Assembly: GCA_963666205.1 (NCBI GenBank) | Contig: OY762654.1 | Location: 2,400,001 to 2,464,000 of the forward strand | Direction of reading: 5' to 3' | DNA: 64,000 bases | Origin: Synergistales bacterium | GTDB lineage: Bacteria; Synergistota; Synergistia; Synergistales; JAFGMB01 | In this document: positions 59,840 to 64,000 of the stretch, piece by piece | How positions within the stretch are numbered: the stretch's first letter is position 1 | Layout: every line of letters starts with the position of its first letter | Program-made: the position numbers and the translations under genes | Notes under the pieces: model-generated | The model's input: the letters and a program-made list of their open reading frames with translations, nothing else | The model's database searches: none | Told to the model about the DNA's origin: nothing

Positions 59840-61003
59840 TCATTTCCCCGTTTTGCGGGGGAGGGGAGTAATAACGGTCACCAGTGTTCCGGCGATAATT
59901 ATAACGCTTGCAGCCCAGAATGCGGGAACCAGAGAATTTGTTATGTCTCTGAGATATCCTGAGATTATGGGTGCAATTATGGCGGAGGTCATCACTGTAC
60001 AGTTGAAAAAGCCGGATGCCGCGCCCATCTTCCCGGGGTATCTTATACTGACGATATCTCCCATCCAGGCCACCATTACCGATATTATGGCAGAGTTGCT
60101 GAGCATTCCGTATATCATCAGGGTAATTATAATACCGGGAAAGGAAGTTACCCTTGAAAGGATGAAGATCATGATCGCTGAAAGAGGGAATACCAGGATT
60201 GTAACTATTTTCCTGTTCGTCCTGTCGGATAGCCGTCCCCAGAAGAGTCCGGCCGGGATGGCAGTTATTGCCAGAAGTCCTGTGAAGAGTCCGGCCTGGG
60301 AAAGGCTGAGACCCCTTTCGACTTTCAGGAATGTGGGTCCCCATGTCATGGCCACCCAGAATCCGTAAAGTGATGTGAATGTGGCGAAATTTATTTTCCA
60401 GAGGTCCATATCCCTGAAAAGGGCAAGATAGTCTCCAAGGTTTGGTGTGTTGGGATCCTTGATGGATGGGAGCATTTTATGGAAGATGGCTACCATAAGT
60501 AGTGTAGGAATAGTGAGTATGAGAAATGGTGCCTTGTATGAGCCCAGGCTATTGTATATGGGGCCGCTCATGGTCATTCCTATCAGCATTCCCAGGGCCA
60601 TTCCTATTCCTATAGTAGCTGCGCTGAATGCCCTTTTTGAGGGGGAAACCACCTGAAAGAGGGTGCCGAAACAGGTGGGGTAGTATGCGCCTGCTCCCAT
60701 ACCGGAAAGGGCAGAGAAAAGAAGGAGAAGATAATATGAATTTCCCAGAGTACCCAGTCCGAGCATTCCAAATCCTGCTATCACGAACATGAACATCATA
60801 ACCTTTTTCAGTCCCCATCTGTCCCCGGCAAGTCCGGCAGGGATCTGCATTATGACGTAGGTAAGGAAATAGGCGCTGGTAAGGGAACCGGCCTGGGCCG
60901 AGGTCAGAGAAAGGTCTTTTGCTATCACGGAAAGTAAAGGATACAGGCAGGTCCTGTCGGAATAAAGAACAGCCCAGCCAAGCATAAGCGCAAAGAGCAT
61001 CAT
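59840..61003 (-). CDS. MFS transporter
   Basis: Motif A copies GLAGDRWGLK and GRLSDRTNRK; 12-TM pattern. Confidence 0.9.
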   Translation of the reverse strand: MMLFALMLGWAVLYSDRTCLYPLLSVIAKDLSLTSAQAGSLTSAYFLTYVIMQIPAGLAGDRWGLKKVMMFMFVIAGFGMLGLGTLGNSYYLLLLFSALSGMGAGAYYPTCFGTLFQVVSPSKRAFSAATIGIGMALGMLIGMTMSGPIYNSLGSYKAPFLILTIPTLLMVAIFHKMLPSIKDPNTPNLGDYLALFRDMDLWKINFATFTSLYGFWVAMTWGPTFLKVERGLSLSQAGLFTGLLAITAIPAGLFWGRLSDRTNRKIVTILVFPLSAIMIFILSRVTSFPGIIITLMIYGMLSNSAIISVMVAWMGDIVSIRYPGKMGAASGFFNCTVMTSAIIAPIISGYLRDITNSLVPAFWAASVIIIAGTLVTVITPLPRKTGK

Positions 61004-61226
61004 AAGTATGATCCACCTCCCAAATGCAGCTAATATAACACGAAAATGTGACCATTAACGTTTCTTTCAGCTAAAAGGTTCTGTAGATGTTAAAATTATG
61101 ATGAAAGTTCAAATCAGGTATTGTCAATAGCAATAATTCTGGCTTAAATTAAGGAAATGAACGATCTGCAATTTTCGCCGAAAACATGAATCCATGAACA
61201 TCGATCTTATCCTGGGAGGGATGGCT

Positions 61227-62366
61227 TTGGCGAACGAAGAATCTTCAGGACTGCATTACATTAGAGAAAAGGTCAACAAATTCATCGAATACAGCATAGA
61301 TAATATTTCCTACATTCGTCAGGATGAACTGGACAGATTTCCCGAAACCCAGAATGAGCTTTCCAGGGTAAGTCAGGAACTCGAGGATCTGGAAGCTGTG
61401 ACGGCTCAGGCGAGGAAGGAATATGAAAAATTCCGTGCGAGTCTCCTTGATACAAGCCTTTCATCCAGTACGGAGATCGGGACCGATGATTACAACAGGG
61501 GCGCCCATCTTCTTAAAATGCTCACTACCTTTGAAGAACGGAAAAGAGATCTGGAAGAACAGGAAGGCATCCTTTCCAGCGAAGTTGAGAGAATAAAGAA
61601 ACTGATGTCCGCAAGCGTAGAGATGGCAAACAAATTCCGTCTTGCTCTAAGGGTAATGGGGGCGGATATGGAAGAACTGGAGACCGGTTCGGGAACGGAT
61701 GTCCAGTCCCTTGTGCATGCCTACAGGATAGCGGAGAGGGAGTCCATGAGTCTTGCCCGGGACCTTCATGATGGTCCTGCCCAGAAACTGGCCAGTGCTG
61801 TTCTTCTTGTCGAGCTTGTTGAGAGGATGATAAAGTCTGGAGATATTGAAAAGGCTCTTGATGAGCTTCACCAGATCACAGATCAGGTGAGGGAAGCCTT
61901 GTGGGACACAAGATCCTTCCTTCTCCGTCTGAACCCCAAGGGTCTTGAATATGGTCTTGACCTTGCTCTGAAACGTTTCATAGATCAGATAAGGATAATT
62001 TCCGATACAGAGGTTGTTCTGAGCAGTAAAGGGGAATTTTCAGTTTTATCCCTTCCGCAGCGCTCCAATATTTTCAAGATAATCCATCAGGCAGTTATGA
62101 ATGCTGTTCAGAAGGGAAAAGCAAGAAAGGTGCAGATATTTCTGAACGGAGGAAGAAAAACATTATACGCCAGGATCATCGATGACGGGGCCGGGTTTGA
62201 AGTCGAAGAAGCGATAAAACAGGCCAAGGAGAGGGGGTCCTTCGGACTTATGAACATGGAGGAACGGACCCGTATCGCTGGAGGGTCCATCAAGATCGAA
62301 AGTTCCCCTGGCAAGGGTACCCATATATCACTTGAGATACCAGTATCGGAGGCGGATTTGTTTTGA
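61227..62366 (+). CDS. DegS-like cytoplasmic sensor histidine kinase (HisKA_3)
   Basis: N-terminal coiled coil without TM; LARDLHDGPAQ, IDDGAGF, GLMNMEER and SSPGKGT. Start uncertain (61194, 61221 or 61227). Confidence 0.88.
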   Translation: MANEESSGLHYIREKVNKFIEYSIDNISYIRQDELDRFPETQNELSRVSQELEDLEAVTAQARKEYEKFRASLLDTSLSSSTEIGTDDYNRGAHLLKMLTTFEERKRDLEEQEGILSSEVERIKKLMSASVEMANKFRLALRVMGADMEELETGSGTDVQSLVHAYRIAERESMSLARDLHDGPAQKLASAVLLVELVERMIKSGDIEKALDELHQITDQVREALWDTRSFLLRLNPKGLEYGLDLALKRFIDQIRIISDTEVVLSSKGEFSVLSLPQRSNIFKIIHQAVMNAVQKGKARKVQIFLNGGRKTLYARIIDDGAGFEVEEAIKQAKERGSFGLMNMEERTRIAGGSIKIESSPGKGTHISLEIPVSEADLF

Positions 62367-63037
62367 GCGTATACCGAATTGTTCTTGCAGATGACCATAA
62401 ACTTTTTCGAGATGGACTTGAAAGACTCCTTAATCTTGAACCTGACGTTGAAGTAGTCGGAAGGGCTGATAATGGAGAAGAAGCCCTTGGAGTGGTAGAA
62501 GAGAAAAAACCGGATATTCTCCTTCTGGATGTTCATATGCCAATTATGGGTGGTACAGAACTGGTTAACGAACTTAATAAAAGGGGAATAGACCTTAAGT
62601 GCATAGCCATAACTGCCTTTGATGACGAGGAGCATATTGCCCAGCTTTCACAGGCTGGAGTGAGTGGCTATGTTCTCAAGACATCAGGTTTTACCGAAGT
62701 CCTTGCCGCTGTACGTTCTGTTGGTAAGGGGTTCCCCTATGTAGATCCGGGTATCGCCCAGAAACTGCTTTCTCCAATGAAAAAAGGTGAAGATAAAACA
62801 GATCTGTTCAAAGATCTTACCCTTAGAGAAAAGGAGTCCCTTTACTGGTTATCCCAGGGTCTTAATAATACAGAGATATCCGAAAAAATGATCCTTTCCG
62901 ATAAGACCGTGAAAAACCATCTGAGCCATGTAATGCGAAAACTGGGTATCCAGGACAGGACCCAGGCTGCCATACTTGCATGGAAAATGGGCCTGGCCAA
63001 GGTGGATCCGGAGATCTTCAGGGAATCTGAAGATTGA
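62363..63037 (+). CDS. DegU/NarL-family response regulator
   Basis: Motifs ADDH and LLDVHMP; LuxR-type HTH LTLREKE...TVKNH; overlaps the kinase stop. Confidence 0.93.
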   Translation: MSVYRIVLADDHKLFRDGLERLLNLEPDVEVVGRADNGEEALGVVEEKKPDILLLDVHMPIMGGTELVNELNKRGIDLKCIAITAFDDEEHIAQLSQAGVSGYVLKTSGFTEVLAAVRSVGKGFPYVDPGIAQKLLSPMKKGEDKTDLFKDLTLREKESLYWLSQGLNNTEISEKMILSDKTVKNHLSHVMRKLGIQDRTQAAILAWKMGLAKVDPEIFRESED

Positions 63038-63117
63038 AGATAAAGAATGAGGCATTGCTGCCATATTTCTTTTGAAACCCTGAATATGAGATTTCAAACA
63101 GAGGGAGGAAGAGAAAA

Positions 63118-64000
63118 ATGTTTGTAAAACAGTTCTTTATCAAGGGCATAGCCCACAGTTCCTATCTTCTGGGAGCCAATAAGGTCTGCGCTATTGTGGA
63201 TCCGAGCAGAGATATTGATATTTACCTTGAGGCAGCTGAAGAAATGGGTATGAAGATAACCCATATCCTTGAAACCCATCTTCATGCGGACTTTATCTCC
63301 GGCCACATGGAACTTGCAGAAGCTACCGGAGCGAAGATCTACGCACCCCTTTCAGGGGGTTGTGCCTTTGAGCACGAAGCTCTGAAGGAAGGGGATACCT
63401 TTCAGATAGAGGATATGAAGATAGATGTCATCGATACTCCCGGGCATACTCCTGAAGGTATGTGTTACGTAGTTACTGACCTTGGAAGGGGAGAGGAACC
63501 AGTCGCTGTTTTTACGGGAGATACTCTTTTCGTTGGGGATGTTGGAAGACCAGACCTTTTTCCCGGTATGGCAAGGGAACTTGCCTCGAAACTCTATGAC
63601 AGCCTGCATGAAAAAATACTGAAACTCCCCGATTTCTGCGAAGTATATCCTGCCCATGGGGCCGGTTCCCTGTGCGGAAGGGCCATGGGAGCCAAGAGGA
63701 CAAGCACCATAGGCTACGAAAAAAAATATAACAAGGCTCTTCTCATCGAGAACAGGGAAGAATTTATCATTTCTCTAACCACAGACATGCCAGCTGCTCC
63801 CGACCATTTTGCACGTTGCAGCGATATTAACAGGCAGGGACCGGCGACAACTTCAGATCTTCCAGTTATGATGCCAATGAAACCCCAGGAAATGAAAAAG
63901 TTCATCGAGACCCGGGATGCAGTCGTTCTGGACTGCAGATGTTTTGAAGCCTTTGGCGGGGCTCATATACCTGGGGCATTTTCCATTGATTTCGGAGGCA
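63118..64000 (+). CDS. MBL-fold hydrolase / rhodanese fusion (persulfide dioxygenase-like), runs off the window end
   Basis: Absent from the ORF track. Manual translation gives MFVKQFFIKGIAHSSY...ETHLHADFISGH...TPGHTPE...GDTLFVGDVGRPDL...YPAHGAGSLCG, then a rhodanese start (VVLDCR...AHIPGA). Confidence 0.9.
   Translation, partial: MFVKQFFIKGIAHSSYLLGANKVCAIVDPSRDIDIYLEAAEEMGMKITHILETHLHADFISGHMELAEATGAKIYAPLSGGCAFEHEALKEGDTFQIEDMKIDVIDTPGHTPEGMCYVVTDLGRGEEPVAVFTGDTLFVGDVGRPDLFPGMARELASKLYDSLHEKILKLPDFCEVYPAHGAGSLCGRAMGAKRTSTIGYEKKYNKALLIENREEFIISLTTDMPAAPDHFARCSDINRQGPATTSDLPVMMPMKPQEMKKFIETRDAVVLDCRCFEAFGGAHIPGAFSIDFGG

Overview
Bacterial chromosomal window of about 50 CDSs. It combines Firmicutes-like genes (remB-gyrB, AddAB, YitT, DegS/DegU-like) with an outer-membrane-type patatin/beta-barrel protein and anaerobic amino-acid fermentation genes. 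That mix suggests a Synergistota-like diderm anaerobe (inference). Content: a signalling cluster (hybrid kinase, CheR, GGDEF/EAL), a tRNA nucleotidyltransferase, gyrB, addAB, iorAB, rpoD, sugar epimerases, a convergent surface-polysaccharide locus with a low-GC core, a ferredoxin, gpsA and a two-component system. No rRNA, tRNA or CRISPR array was recognised. Two features are not visible in the ORF track. (1) At 21254-22133 two tandem paralogous genes, shown in the track as 63-66 aa stubs, both continue past an in-frame TGA at the same aligned position. Each has a covarying SECIS-like hairpin whose loop starts 20 nt downstream. They are therefore a probable pair of exported or membrane-anchored HesB-like selenoproteins. 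(2) A REP-associated tyrosine transposase (58047-58595) is surrounded by five copies of a 22-nt REP, with three more dispersed in the window. All eight begin with ATAG rather than the canonical GTAG.
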